From positions 1-64,000 of the IMG/VR virus record IMGVR_UViG_3300004369_000008: a stretch of 64,000 nucleotides of DNA, one strand, 5' to 3'. Below, one piece after another: positions 47,069-56,203 of the stretch. Under the pieces are notes generated by a model. It was given only the letters and a program-made list of their open reading frames with translations, was not told the DNA's origin and searched no databases. The DNA is from a virus. Every line of letters begins with the position of its first letter. Positions within the stretch are counted from its first letter, which is position 1. The position numbers and the translations under genes are program-made.

Positions 47069-48292
47069 ATGGCTGATGATGTATTTCGCCAAAGAAAAAA
47101 GGTTAGCCTCAATGATGCAATCGATGAGGTAAACAACCAACAAGTTCAGGCAACAGATGAAGGAACGCTAATGAGCGAACAAACAGAAGAGGGCGATCCT
47201 CTACACGAAGTTAGGAAAGTGCAGCAGGCAATTGCACAAGCATCGGGAAGGGAAGTCCCGCAACAGATGGCAGCGGGCGCAGATGCTCCGTTCCAAATCG
47301 GCGGTAACATTCCGCCAGAATTTCGAGAAGCACTGGCAAACAAAGGCCAAGCTCCTCACTACGAAGAGGGCGTTGTCAAAGCCAAGCAGCCAAAGCAGAA
47401 GGTTGATGACGATGATGAGTTCTTCAAAACACCAGCCAGCAAAATGGCTCGAAAGAAGATGCCAACTCCAGACAGTCGTGTGAACCTAAGAACACAAGGC
47501 AGTGATAATCTGGAAGGTTTGCTGGATCGCCTCATCGAGAAACATCAATGGGAAGAATTTCAGTTTGCTTCTTTGGGAAAATTCTATGATAACATCCCAC
47601 AGACCATTCACATTCGAGCTATGACTGGTGAGGAAGAGCAAATTTTGGCCACTCCAAGATTTGTAAAGAAGGGCACGGCCATTGACAAAATCTTCCAGCG
47701 TTGTATTCGAGAACCCCTTGATACCAGAGAGTTGTTGTCTGCCGACAGAAATCACTTGCTCATTTACCTGCGTGGTATTTCTTATACCCCAGAGTATGAC
47801 GTGGAAATCAAATGTCCGGCATGTGGAACCAAGTTCTCGACAACCATTGACTTGAACATCTTGGAAATCGATGCTTGTCCACCAGACTTCGGCCCAGAAA
47901 CTTTGAGTGGTGTTCTGCCAGCCAGCGGATTTTCCTATAGCTATCGACTCTCTACGGGTCAAGACGAACAAGCAATCAGCGCCTACAGAGACCGCCGTAT
48001 TCAAATGTGGGGTGACTCATCTGAAGACGACACGTTGCTTTATCGTACTGTGATTCTTATGGAAGAGATTGAAGGCGTTTCAGACAAGAAGGAACTGATG
48101 GTTCTTCTCAAGAGACTGCCGATTGTTGATGTCGCTCACCTTCGAAACGAGGTTAGTGATCCTCCATTCGGAGTTGATACAGAAGTTGAAATCATTTGTC
48201 CTTCATGTGCAGAGGAGTTCCATATTGATCTGCCGCTTGAAACAAATTTTTTCTTCCCAAGGAAGAAGGAGCAGGAAAGAACCCGAGCGTAG
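47069..48292 (+). CDS. Baseplate hub / tail-assembly protein, T4 gp26-like
   Basis: IRAMTGEEEQIL, DRNHLLIYLRGISY, CPACG, CPSC, terminal NFFF. Confidence 0.78.
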   Translation: MADDVFRQRKKVSLNDAIDEVNNQQVQATDEGTLMSEQTEEGDPLHEVRKVQQAIAQASGREVPQQMAAGADAPFQIGGNIPPEFREALANKGQAPHYEEGVVKAKQPKQKVDDDDEFFKTPASKMARKKMPTPDSRVNLRTQGSDNLEGLLDRLIEKHQWEEFQFASLGKFYDNIPQTIHIRAMTGEEEQILATPRFVKKGTAIDKIFQRCIREPLDTRELLSADRNHLLIYLRGISYTPEYDVEIKCPACGTKFSTTIDLNILEIDACPPDFGPETLSGVLPASGFSYSYRLSTGQDEQAISAYRDRRIQMWGDSSEDDTLLYRTVILMEEIEGVSDKKELMVLLKRLPIVDVAHLRNEVSDPPFGVDTEVEIICPSCAEEFHIDLPLETNFFFPRKKEQERTRA

Positions 48293-48309
48293 AACTCTGG
48301 ACAACCCTG

Positions 48310-48468
48310 ATGGAAGAGCTTTTCTTCTTCCAATATCACATGAACATGAGCAAGCAGGATAGCATGACGCTTCCTGTCCATGAAAGAAAGTGGTTGATCC
48401 AGCGTTTTATTGACCAAAAGAAGAGGGAAAATGACGCAATGGAGAAGGCACGAAAGGCTAAGAAGTAA
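48310..48468 (+). CDS. T4 gp51-like hub assembly protein (possibly the -1 frameshift extension of the gp26-like ORF)
   Basis: MEELFFFQYHMNMSKQDSMTLPVHERKWLIQRF...RKAKK*; under 60 aa, so absent from the ORF track. Confidence 0.7.
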   Translation: MEELFFFQYHMNMSKQDSMTLPVHERKWLIQRFIDQKKRENDAMEKARKAKK

Positions 48469-49234
48469 GAAAATGATTGAGATTCCTTATAAAATGATAA
48501 CTTTCTCTCTCTTATAGAACATGAGAGAAAGTTACTCATGCAAAAGGAGTCTCAAATGAACGATAAGAAATTATGTGAATGTGGATGCGGGAAAGAGGTA
48601 AAGGTTTGGAAAAACGGAAGATTCAGCCCTTTCCTCAGAGGACATCACATGCGAAAGAAGGGCTGGACGCCACCTGATCCAAATACAAAACATTATTGTA
48701 AATGTGGATGTAAAACAGAGATCAAGCCATTGAAGAGCGGTCATATCAACAAGTATATTAAAGGTCATCATCTTAAAGGAAAAGAATTAGACCTTAAATA
48801 TAGATTAGAGAGAACAAGGAATCGATGGGATAAAGAGCCTATACTAAGTCCTTATTTAAAAGACACGTTTATTTCATTTAACAAAAATCTTAAGAGATGG
48901 ACGGCTTGTGTAAAATGGGAAAACGGAAAAAACAGAGGTGTAATGCACGCCAACGCTGTTTACAGAGAACACTTTGGAGATATTCCCAAAGGCTATGTGG
49001 TCCACCACAAGAATGGTCGATGTGACAGGATTAAAGATGACAGACCCGAAAATCTTATGTTGCTTATTGATGAGTGGAACTTAAGGTTCTTTCCAGTATT
49101 AGCTAAAGGATTTGGTGTAGAAGAAAAAATCGTGACTGATTGTTACTTAAGAATTCAAGATGAAAATTTAAGTAGAGAAGAATTATTCGCTATGTTATGT
49201 GAGGAATTGGCTTCTTCACGAAAGGCTAAGAAGT
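48449..49234 (+). mobile_element. HNH insertion bounded by an 18-bp direct repeat
   Basis: CACGAAAGGCTAAGAAGT at 48449-48466 and 49217-49234; AT-rich interior. Confidence 0.8.
48498..48534 (+). promoter_or_regulatory. 12-bp hairpin over the HNH translation-initiation region
   Basis: TAACTTTCTCTC...GAGAGAAAGTTA, ending 3 nt before the ATG. Confidence 0.7.
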
Positions 49235-49236
49235 GA
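48538..49236 (+). CDS. HNH homing endonuclease with CxCGC repeats
   Basis: CECGCG..GHH twice; VY..HFGDIPKGYVVHHKNG...DDRPENL. Confidence 0.85.
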   Translation: MQKESQMNDKKLCECGCGKEVKVWKNGRFSPFLRGHHMRKKGWTPPDPNTKHYCKCGCKTEIKPLKSGHINKYIKGHHLKGKELDLKYRLERTRNRWDKEPILSPYLKDTFISFNKNLKRWTACVKWENGKNRGVMHANAVYREHFGDIPKGYVVHHKNGRCDRIKDDRPENLMLLIDEWNLRFFPVLAKGFGVEEKIVTDCYLRIQDENLSREELFAMLCEELASSRKAKK

Positions 49237-49294
49237 TAAGAAAGTACAAAGACCAATTTAGTGACAGCAGCCGATTTTGGAGGAGGCTCAGAGA

Positions 49295-50038
49295 ATGGCA
49301 ATTACAAAAGAACGATACCAAAACCCAACCTACGGGGACACGGTAAACTTGCGGCTGTTTTCATACAACAGCAACAACCTTGCCGATTTTGATTCCATCG
49401 AGAAAGTAGACCTCTACATTCTCGAACCCAGCGAAGCTACAGACATCAACCCAGATGGTCGTCGTTTGGTGGAAACATTCGATGGTAGTGCCGTTACTCT
49501 GGAAGATACAGGAACCCATTTGCTGTCCGTCGATCTTGTCAAAGATTTATACCTCATTGGGAATTACATTGATATATGGACGGTCAATCCTGACTCTGAG
49601 TCTCCATCCCAAACCGTTGAGCAGTGCTTTTCAGTCTATCCGGCACTCTGGTACACAACGCCCACGCCTGTTGTGTACGACTTCTCATTCTTCTTCCAAC
49701 CGAATAAGTTAAGACAAGGATCGAAGCAGTTTATCATTGTGGAAATCAGGCCGAATGTTCCAAGAGGTAGTGATCTTCAAAAATACTACGAGAACTTGGC
49801 CATTGTGTCCGATCTGAAGATTTCGATTGAACAAAGATGCGGAGAGTGTCTGCCTCAAGAGTGTGATCTGAGGCTTATCGTAGACAACGAATCAGTTGAC
49901 TATCGTGAGAAAAGATATGGATATTTCAAGATTGACACAGAAGACTGGGAGTGTGGCATCTATGACGTTTGGTTCCAACTGGATTTTGGAGAAAATCGCT
50001 ACATCAGCGAACGGCAACAACTTCAGATTTATTCGTAA
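49295..50038 (+). CDS. Probable virion structural protein (beta-sandwich)
   Basis: RBS GGAGG; GNYIDIW, GIYDVWF; structural-gene context. Confidence 0.55.
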   Translation: MAITKERYQNPTYGDTVNLRLFSYNSNNLADFDSIEKVDLYILEPSEATDINPDGRRLVETFDGSAVTLEDTGTHLLSVDLVKDLYLIGNYIDIWTVNPDSESPSQTVEQCFSVYPALWYTTPTPVVYDFSFFFQPNKLRQGSKQFIIVEIRPNVPRGSDLQKYYENLAIVSDLKISIEQRCGECLPQECDLRLIVDNESVDYREKRYGYFKIDTEDWECGIYDVWFQLDFGENRYISERQQLQIYS

Positions 50039-50059
50039 ATCAAAGAGTGTTCTATAAAA

Positions 50060-50325
50060 ATGAAAGAAAAGAACAAACAGTTAAGGATGGAAGTGTATGA
50101 AGCATACGGCGGACCTGTTTGTAACTGTTGTGGAGAAACAATAATAGAATTCCTTAGCGTCGATCATGTTAATAATGATGGAGCGACACACAGAAAGAGC
50201 ATAGGAAGAACAAGTGTTTTACAATGGCGTAAAAAAATTGCTACCCAGAAGGGTATCAAGTGTTGTGCTTCAATTGTAACATGGGAAAACAATTCAATGG
50301 GGGAATTTGCCCCCATCACAATTAA
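50060..50325 (+). pseudogene. Frameshifted small HNH endonuclease
   Basis: YGGPVCNCCGE..FLSVDHVNNDG..HR, then in the -1 frame after A7 (50231-50237) NCYPEGYQVLCFNCNMGK...CPH*. Confidence 0.75.
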
Positions 50326-50386
50326 GAGTTTGCTTAGAGTGGAAGACAAGGAGGACGACCACGCAGCATTAAACACAGGAGACATA

Positions 50387-50977
50387 ATGAAAGCGAGTCG
50401 TGTCGAAAGGTGTGACATCTACATCTCAGAACAAAGATTGCAGATCGATCCCAACAAGCCAGTCCATCCATTGAATAAGAGGCCATTGAAAAACAATTTC
50501 ATGTTCGTGCCTAGTCACTGCCCTGAACTTCGGGCACATACTAAATCTGTGGTTTGGGACTGTGTAAACAAAATTCTCACCGTTGAGATTTACGAAACTA
50601 AAGATTTTGCCGCCCACAAATGGTTCGGGACAATCAACAAAAGAAAGCGAGATGCTACCAACAGTCCATTTGTAGACATTGGTAAAGATGCTGTAGCTTT
50701 GATTTTCTTGGACGCCGAAGATGCAGAAGTGGCTAGATTCAAGTTCCTCAACTTAGAACTGATTGAACATGAATGTTCATTGGGTCAAGTTAAATGGGAT
50801 ATCACAGCAATGACATTTGGAGTTGATTCACCAAATGAGCCGGACCCATTGGTTCATGAAATCAAAATCAAATATGAAGACGTTAATGAGTTGATGGTTC
50901 ACAAAGAAGACGAACCATCAAATCCAAACGAGATAGCAGATCAAGAATGGCAGGACGTGAAACCGGAAGAGATTTGA
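50387..50977 (+). CDS. Hypothetical protein, possibly tube-like fold
   Basis: Own RBS AGGAG before MKASRVER. Confidence 0.55.
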   Translation: MKASRVERCDIYISEQRLQIDPNKPVHPLNKRPLKNNFMFVPSHCPELRAHTKSVVWDCVNKILTVEIYETKDFAAHKWFGTINKRKRDATNSPFVDIGKDAVALIFLDAEDAEVARFKFLNLELIEHECSLGQVKWDITAMTFGVDSPNEPDPLVHEIKIKYEDVNELMVHKEDEPSNPNEIADQEWQDVKPEEI

Positions 50978-51747
50978 AATGGGCTGTAGGAATTATAACA
51001 TGTCCTCGAAAAGAGGACTTCCTACAGAAGACTCTGACATCAATCCAAAACGCTGGATGGTCTTATGAGTCAATCACTGTGTTTGCAGAGCCAAATACAG
51101 ATGTGCCTGAAAATTTCGAAGGAATCGTTGTAAGGAGAACAAAGCAGTTCGGTGATTGGACAAACTGGGCCACTGGATTGTTTGAATTACTACTGAGAGA
51201 GCCTGACGCAGACTACTTTCTCATGTCGGAAGACGATGTACTATACAACAGAGACTCGAAACAATACCTAGAAATCTCGTTCCCCCATCTAGGAGACTTT
51301 GGGTCTCTGTCTCTTTACACACCGTCAAGATATCACAAAAAGAAGTTCCATGGTTGGCACAATGAGTGCCGAGGCGTCGAAACATGGTCTACAGTGACGG
51401 TCATCATGTCCAAGGAAAGTGTTATCAGATTCTTCGCTCACGAAGATACGCAGAGGCATCGCTTCCAAGACATTTTTCAAGCACCAGAAGTGCAATGGGG
51501 CGTAACTTGCGATCCTCAAAATTCTGTTAAAGATGCAGTCTTGGGACACTGGGCCAAAAAACACGGTCTGCCTGTGTATTATCACACTCCTGCTTTGGCA
51601 CAACATATTGGAATTACATCAACCATCAGCGACGAAAAAGCGTCAGTGGACAATAGCAGACAGGCGGCTGATTTCGTGGGCGAAGACGCTAGGTTGGATA
51701 TGACAGAAGTTCCAAAGACCCTTAGTTTTTGGCGGATTCCTCTGTAG
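50974..51747 (+). CDS. GT-A glycosyltransferase-like protein
   Basis: MSEDD, P.LAQHIG. Confidence 0.7.
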   Translation: MKWAVGIITCPRKEDFLQKTLTSIQNAGWSYESITVFAEPNTDVPENFEGIVVRRTKQFGDWTNWATGLFELLLREPDADYFLMSEDDVLYNRDSKQYLEISFPHLGDFGSLSLYTPSRYHKKKFHGWHNECRGVETWSTVTVIMSKESVIRFFAHEDTQRHRFQDIFQAPEVQWGVTCDPQNSVKDAVLGHWAKKHGLPVYYHTPALAQHIGITSTISDEKASVDNSRQAADFVGEDARLDMTEVPKTLSFWRIPL

Positions 51748-52222
51748 TGAAGATGTACGCTGGCACTTCGTTAATCCCCAAATGTTTGGCACAACAAGCT
51801 CTGTGACAACCATCAAATCGAAAGTATCTCATTCCAAGATTTGTATTGGAAACATCAGCGACACAAACAGGATGCTTGTCATCAAAACCATTTTCTCTTA
51901 TGTCCTCAAGAAGATCAAGAAATGACTTGGCTCGTTCGTCGGCCAAATCTTCTTCATATCGAGTGTCAAGATACTCAGCGAAGTAAGATTGAGGATTGCC
52001 GTCCAAGAAGGATAGATGCCAACGCTCTACTTCTGATCTATTTTTGGCCAGAACGTCATCGACAAGAATCATCCCTTTCCGACAGGAAGCTAATTCCAAG
52101 TTAGGAATTGAAACAGAAGGCCCCACTCTGGTCCAGCCTCCGTCTTTAGGTCCGCCTGCGCACCAGTCCTCAAGATTCTCCTTAAAGTACCTTTGATGTT
52201 TCTCTTTGATGTAGAAGATCAT
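51722..52222 (-). CDS. ParB/Srx-like domain protein
   Basis: LLEDIRENGF, FDGCHRA. Confidence 0.65.
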   Translation of the reverse strand: MIFYIKEKHQRYFKENLEDWCAGGPKDGGWTRVGPSVSIPNLELASCRKGMILVDDVLAKNRSEVERWHLSFLDGNPQSYFAEYLDTRYEEDLADERAKSFLDLLEDIRENGFDDKHPVCVADVSNTNLGMRYFRFDGCHRACCAKHLGINEVPAYIFTTEESAKN

Positions 52223-53109
52223 AGAATTAGTTTGAAATCCCGGTCATAGTTCAGACACATATTTTGACAACACTTATGCAACTTGGGCTTGTCGCTACAC
52301 CATTCCAATGCACCATTGTCGGCGATCCTGACATCTCTGTAGGGATCGAAAGATCGTAAACAATTCCATCGTTTACGATAGTTCCTGTTGCCATGCCACA
52401 GATGATGAATATGACCTTCTAGGCAGCCCACGCTTCCATCAATGTATTCATGAAAGGGTTTTGCCCATTCAAAATAATGAGCTTGCATGGTGTCATTTAC
52501 CCGATCCATGAATCCATTGCCCCAGTCGCCCCAGATGGCGATAATGAAAGCAATGTCATCACTGCCGGTAATCCAATAGTTGTAAATGCCGTGTTTCTCA
52601 ACAACTTCTCTTTGCACACCCCAAGAAAACCCACTGGCAAACTTCTTGCTCAAATCAAGACAACTGCTGAGTTCTTTGTTCCAAGGCAGTTTGGAATTCT
52701 CCAGTGCAACTTTTGCAACACTCTTCTTCCTCTCTCCGAGCGAACCGTCTCTTTTCAATAGAGTGATTTCAGAGAAGCTCTGGACCATTTTGTGACTGGA
52801 AAGCGATTCATCCATCTTCTCATACCAATCAGGATCGTCGAAGAGAATATCGGCGTCTACCCAAACGGCTTTATCGTACTTGTCGGGAAGGCTCTTGATG
52901 ACATGATTGACAAGTCTGTATTGTTGCCAAAGAACACTCTGACATCTGATCTGTATGGCACCATCGACAGAGAAGGGATCATCACCAAAAGCGGCCTCGA
53001 TGATAAACAAAGGACGATTGCCAATGCCCTCACGAAACCTATTGAAGTTTGCAAGTTTAACTGGATTGTTTGAAGGGTTGTAATAGTTAGTCACTACAGC
53101 CAGAGTCAT
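52219..53109 (-). CDS. GT-A glycosyltransferase-like protein
   Basis: WVDADILF, GSDD, HLWHG. Confidence 0.7.
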   Translation of the reverse strand: MTLAVVTNYYNPSNNPVKLANFNRFREGIGNRPLFIIEAAFGDDPFSVDGAIQIRCQSVLWQQYRLVNHVIKSLPDKYDKAVWVDADILFDDPDWYEKMDESLSSHKMVQSFSEITLLKRDGSLGERKKSVAKVALENSKLPWNKELSSCLDLSKKFASGFSWGVQREVVEKHGIYNYWITGSDDIAFIIAIWGDWGNGFMDRVNDTMQAHYFEWAKPFHEYIDGSVGCLEGHIHHLWHGNRNYRKRWNCLRSFDPYRDVRIADNGALEWCSDKPKLHKCCQNMCLNYDRDFKLIL

Positions 53110-53768
53110 AAACTTACAAAATCCTGAATGCAGGTTCCTGACGAAAAATGAGTCAATTGAGGATTGTGTTTGATGGTTTTGCATTGGTTCTTGATAGACT
53201 TAAAGAACAACTGACAGGTGTTATAGAATACTCCTTCAATTTCAATCTTGTTCATAGAAATCGAAGGAGTCCCAATTTCTTGAAGTCTCCACAAAGTAGG
53301 GCAAACCTCAAATGTGTATTTAGGGTCATCGCTAACTCGACCCATTCCAATCACCAGTCCTTCCATTGACCGCATTTGTGATAACCAATCTTTGCCTTTG
53401 AAGACGCAATCTGGTTCGATGAGAAGAATCTCTTCATAGTTTGTGAATGTCTGAAAGACAAAATCCAACACGTCTCCATGATAAGCCAATCTCTCTACAT
53501 CTTGACCTTTATGGTTCTCAAAAACAACATGCACATCTGAGTATTCTTTAAGAAGTTGAGATTCTTTTTGACACAATGAATTGACATGCGAATCTTGACC
53601 ACAATAGCCACGAGTCTTCCTTACCTTCTGGCCCGGAAGTGGGTTGTTGTCAATTCCAATCAACGTTTCGTGAGGAAAATGCTCTCGGAAAGACCTTAAG
53701 CATCTAGGGGTCCAAATGTAAGTGTAGTGAATTATCAGAACAACAGCCATCTTTGAGAACTTAAACAT
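53106..53768 (-). CDS. Glycosyltransferase-like protein
   Basis: IDNN, YHG, IEPD; cluster context. Confidence 0.55.
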   Translation of the reverse strand: MFKFSKMAVVLIIHYTYIWTPRCLRSFREHFPHETLIGIDNNPLPGQKVRKTRGYCGQDSHVNSLCQKESQLLKEYSDVHVVFENHKGQDVERLAYHGDVLDFVFQTFTNYEEILLIEPDCVFKGKDWLSQMRSMEGLVIGMGRVSDDPKYTFEVCPTLWRLQEIGTPSISMNKIEIEGVFYNTCQLFFKSIKNQCKTIKHNPQLTHFSSGTCIQDFVSL

Positions 53769-54627
53769 CAATCCTCTCTTCGTAATTCTTCCACACAACA
53801 CCGCTTCCCCATGACTTAGGATTTACTGCCACCTTACCTTTGGTGATTTTGTCCAAAGTGATTGATGCGTTAACCTCTTGCATTTTCTTGTAATTTTTGT
53901 TCTTAACGTATTTAACACGTTCATCATCTTTGGTTTCCAACCTGTCTTCTGTGAAGCTTGATTCGTACCTGACGATAGTAAAACCACACATCATGGCTCT
54001 AAACACGAAGTTCATATCGTCATGACCGAATCCATTATCCAAGTCCTCATCGAATCCTGTGAGATATTCGATATCCTTTTTGTAAAGAGCGAAACGACCC
54101 TTCAAATATAGTCTCTTACTGCCTCTGATAAGGAAGTTATCGGGAACTATGAGTATACGATCATCGGCAACAGAAGCACATTCATTAAGTCTGGTTGCGT
54201 AACCTCTATGTGTGAAATTGTCGGAATCAACATTGGCTATCAGATCATTTTTAGCTAATCGAAATGACATATTTCTTGAATGATTGGGCCTAAAGTGTTG
54301 CTGGCCCTTGGTTTGATAAACAACCAGTCTCCCACTGTCCATATAACTCTTCATTTCAGAACTACTGAGTATCCAATTTTTCAAGCCATCATTGCTTGAA
54401 TAATCCAACAGAAGAAATTCAAGATCGTCATAATCAGAATTGTCTTCGAGGTTGCGAGGCAGTGTTTTACGAAGATCGTGAAGCCTATTCATACATGTTG
54501 TGCAAATTGTAATGGACTTCTGGGGTATTCCGTTCATGTTCTTTTCGGGAAACACAGTTCGCTTAATGTACTTCCTTGTATTTCGAAAAAACTCAACGTG
54601 ATTTCTATTCATTTGATAGTACAACAT
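53761..54627 (-). CDS. GT2/GT7-like glycosyltransferase
   Basis: TTCMNRL, LDYSSND, SRN, NVDSD, GFDED...FGHDD. Confidence 0.8.
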   Translation of the reverse strand: MLYYQMNRNHVEFFRNTRKYIKRTVFPEKNMNGIPQKSITICTTCMNRLHDLRKTLPRNLEDNSDYDDLEFLLLDYSSNDGLKNWILSSSEMKSYMDSGRLVVYQTKGQQHFRPNHSRNMSFRLAKNDLIANVDSDNFTHRGYATRLNECASVADDRILIVPDNFLIRGSKRLYLKGRFALYKKDIEYLTGFDEDLDNGFGHDDMNFVFRAMMCGFTIVRYESSFTEDRLETKDDERVKYVKNKNYKKMQEVNASITLDKITKGKVAVNPKSWGSGVVWKNYEERIDV

Positions 54628-55321
54628 TCTTCAATCTCTCGTAAACACAATGAGCAGGATGGTTTCCATCTTTATTTATCGATTCACGACGCCATATTTC
54701 ATTCCAGAGATGGATGGCATGAGAGTCGGGAATTGGCCTGTTTTCAGTTACAATTTTTGGAGCATCGAACCAGTGAATCGGGCAAAATGTACTAGGCGGC
54801 TGACAGTAACGATCTGTGCCTGTCATGATTGATGCCTCATTGATGAGGAGAGGACCAATTTCTCCCCAGACGAGTTTCTCTCGCTCCTTGGAGTAAACGA
54901 CATCAAGACAGTATTTCATAAGATCGCTTTTTCGAGGGCACTTAAAAACACAAGATGCGGTTTGTGCATGTCCTTTTCTTGTCGCTTCACTAGAAAGAAC
55001 GTAGTCTGTGTCGAAATTGAACTCTTTGAGACACACAACATCCGTGTCACACCACCAGCCACCTCTCTCATAAATCAACTTGTATCTAAAGAGATTTGAA
55101 AAAGCAGATACGCTACCTTTGCCTTCGGAAGTTTGGTAGACGAATATCTCGTCTTTAGAAAGGATTTCATTGCCATCTTCCACAACGATACCATTAGGCA
55201 CACCTTCCGCATCTCCATAAGTCCAAAGATGGCACTCGTGGCCAACTTTAAGATGACTACGAAGAGCCAATTTTTCCATAGTTGAAAGTTTTCCGCCGAT
55301 CCACAGACAGTTGGTTATCAT
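54605..55321 (-). CDS. GT32-like (DxD) glycosyltransferase
   Basis: LWIG, FSNLFRY..IYERGGWWCDTD, WGEIGP, HLWNE. Confidence 0.85.
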   Translation of the reverse strand: MITNCLWIGGKLSTMEKLALRSHLKVGHECHLWTYGDAEGVPNGIVVEDGNEILSKDEIFVYQTSEGKGSVSAFSNLFRYKLIYERGGWWCDTDVVCLKEFNFDTDYVLSSEATRKGHAQTASCVFKCPRKSDLMKYCLDVVYSKEREKLVWGEIGPLLINEASIMTGTDRYCQPPSTFCPIHWFDAPKIVTENRPIPDSHAIHLWNEIWRRESINKDGNHPAHCVYERLKNVVLSNE

Positions 55322-56079
55322 ATCATCTTCACTTTCTTGTTTGTGGTCAGTTCCGAAAATGTATGAAGCCACTCTATCAAAGATGAAGCCCACAATGCTT
55401 TCTTGTCAATCGGATGTTTAAGAGGCACAACCCAAGAAGCTAAATTGGAAACATCTTTGCATCTAATCAGACATGTGTAAGAACCAATGTGTTGATTGTA
55501 ACAACTCATTGGCTCTGGGACATAGAGTCTTTTGGCCTCATAAAGTTTCCTCAATAGGTATTTGTGATTTTGAAGCAACAAATGTAACTCATGTTGAGAA
55601 AGTTTCTTAAGAAAGCCTGCTTTGATGCAATGATCGCTAGTGCAATAAATCATCGATCTTTGAAAGCTATCTTGACCCCAATAACTCAAGCTTCTGATAT
55701 TGATGTAAGAATTGCAAATTTGCTGCCATTGTAAAACATCAATTGAGTCGCCCATTTCTGAATTGATGAAGTCAGATATTTCAGGATGCAACCAATCGTC
55801 ATCGTCCATGGGAATGACAATATCGTTGTTGTTTAATTTGTGAACATCTGAGTATTTGCTTATGACTTGAACTGGGCATATTTCCGTTGCCTTTTCTTTA
55901 AGACGATAACGGAATTTTTGCCAACTGTTCTGATATTTTTTATTCCAATCTTCAAGAAGGTTAACCAGAGGTTCTGGCAAGTGATCCGATGAGCCATCTC
56001 CCATGGTAATAGGCTGACGGCACTGGTCAATACTGATGTCCTTCCAGTCTTCTGTTGATCTTAAAAAAACGTATATCAT
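55318..56079 (-). CDS. Glycosyltransferase-like protein
   Basis: PMDDDDW; cluster context. Confidence 0.5.
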   Translation of the reverse strand: MIYVFLRSTEDWKDISIDQCRQPITMGDGSSDHLPEPLVNLLEDWNKKYQNSWQKFRYRLKEKATEICPVQVISKYSDVHKLNNNDIVIPMDDDDWLHPEISDFINSEMGDSIDVLQWQQICNSYINIRSLSYWGQDSFQRSMIYCTSDHCIKAGFLKKLSQHELHLLLQNHKYLLRKLYEAKRLYVPEPMSCYNQHIGSYTCLIRCKDVSNLASWVVPLKHPIDKKALWASSLIEWLHTFSELTTNKKVKMI

Positions 56080-56203
56080 TTGAAAAATAACCCCTATGTA
56101 TCTAATATATTGTGAGCGAAAAAATCCTCGGAGGCGTGACTTAGCCTCCAAAGCAATTTTGCACAGCCCAATTGAGGATGAGGGTGCTAAAAGGAGATAA
56201 GTT

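Noticed and set aside
35769-48468. Bacterial eCIS/tailocin locus (sheath plus several tubes)
   Set aside because: Neck proteins, a late sigma factor, homing endonucleases and dense phage-type hypothetical genes indicate a complete phage
50060-50977. 305-aa ORF as a real HNH fusion protein
   Set aside because: The HNH motif continues in the -1 frame and stops at 50325, and the downstream part has its own RBS and ATG at 50387, so the fusion is incidental
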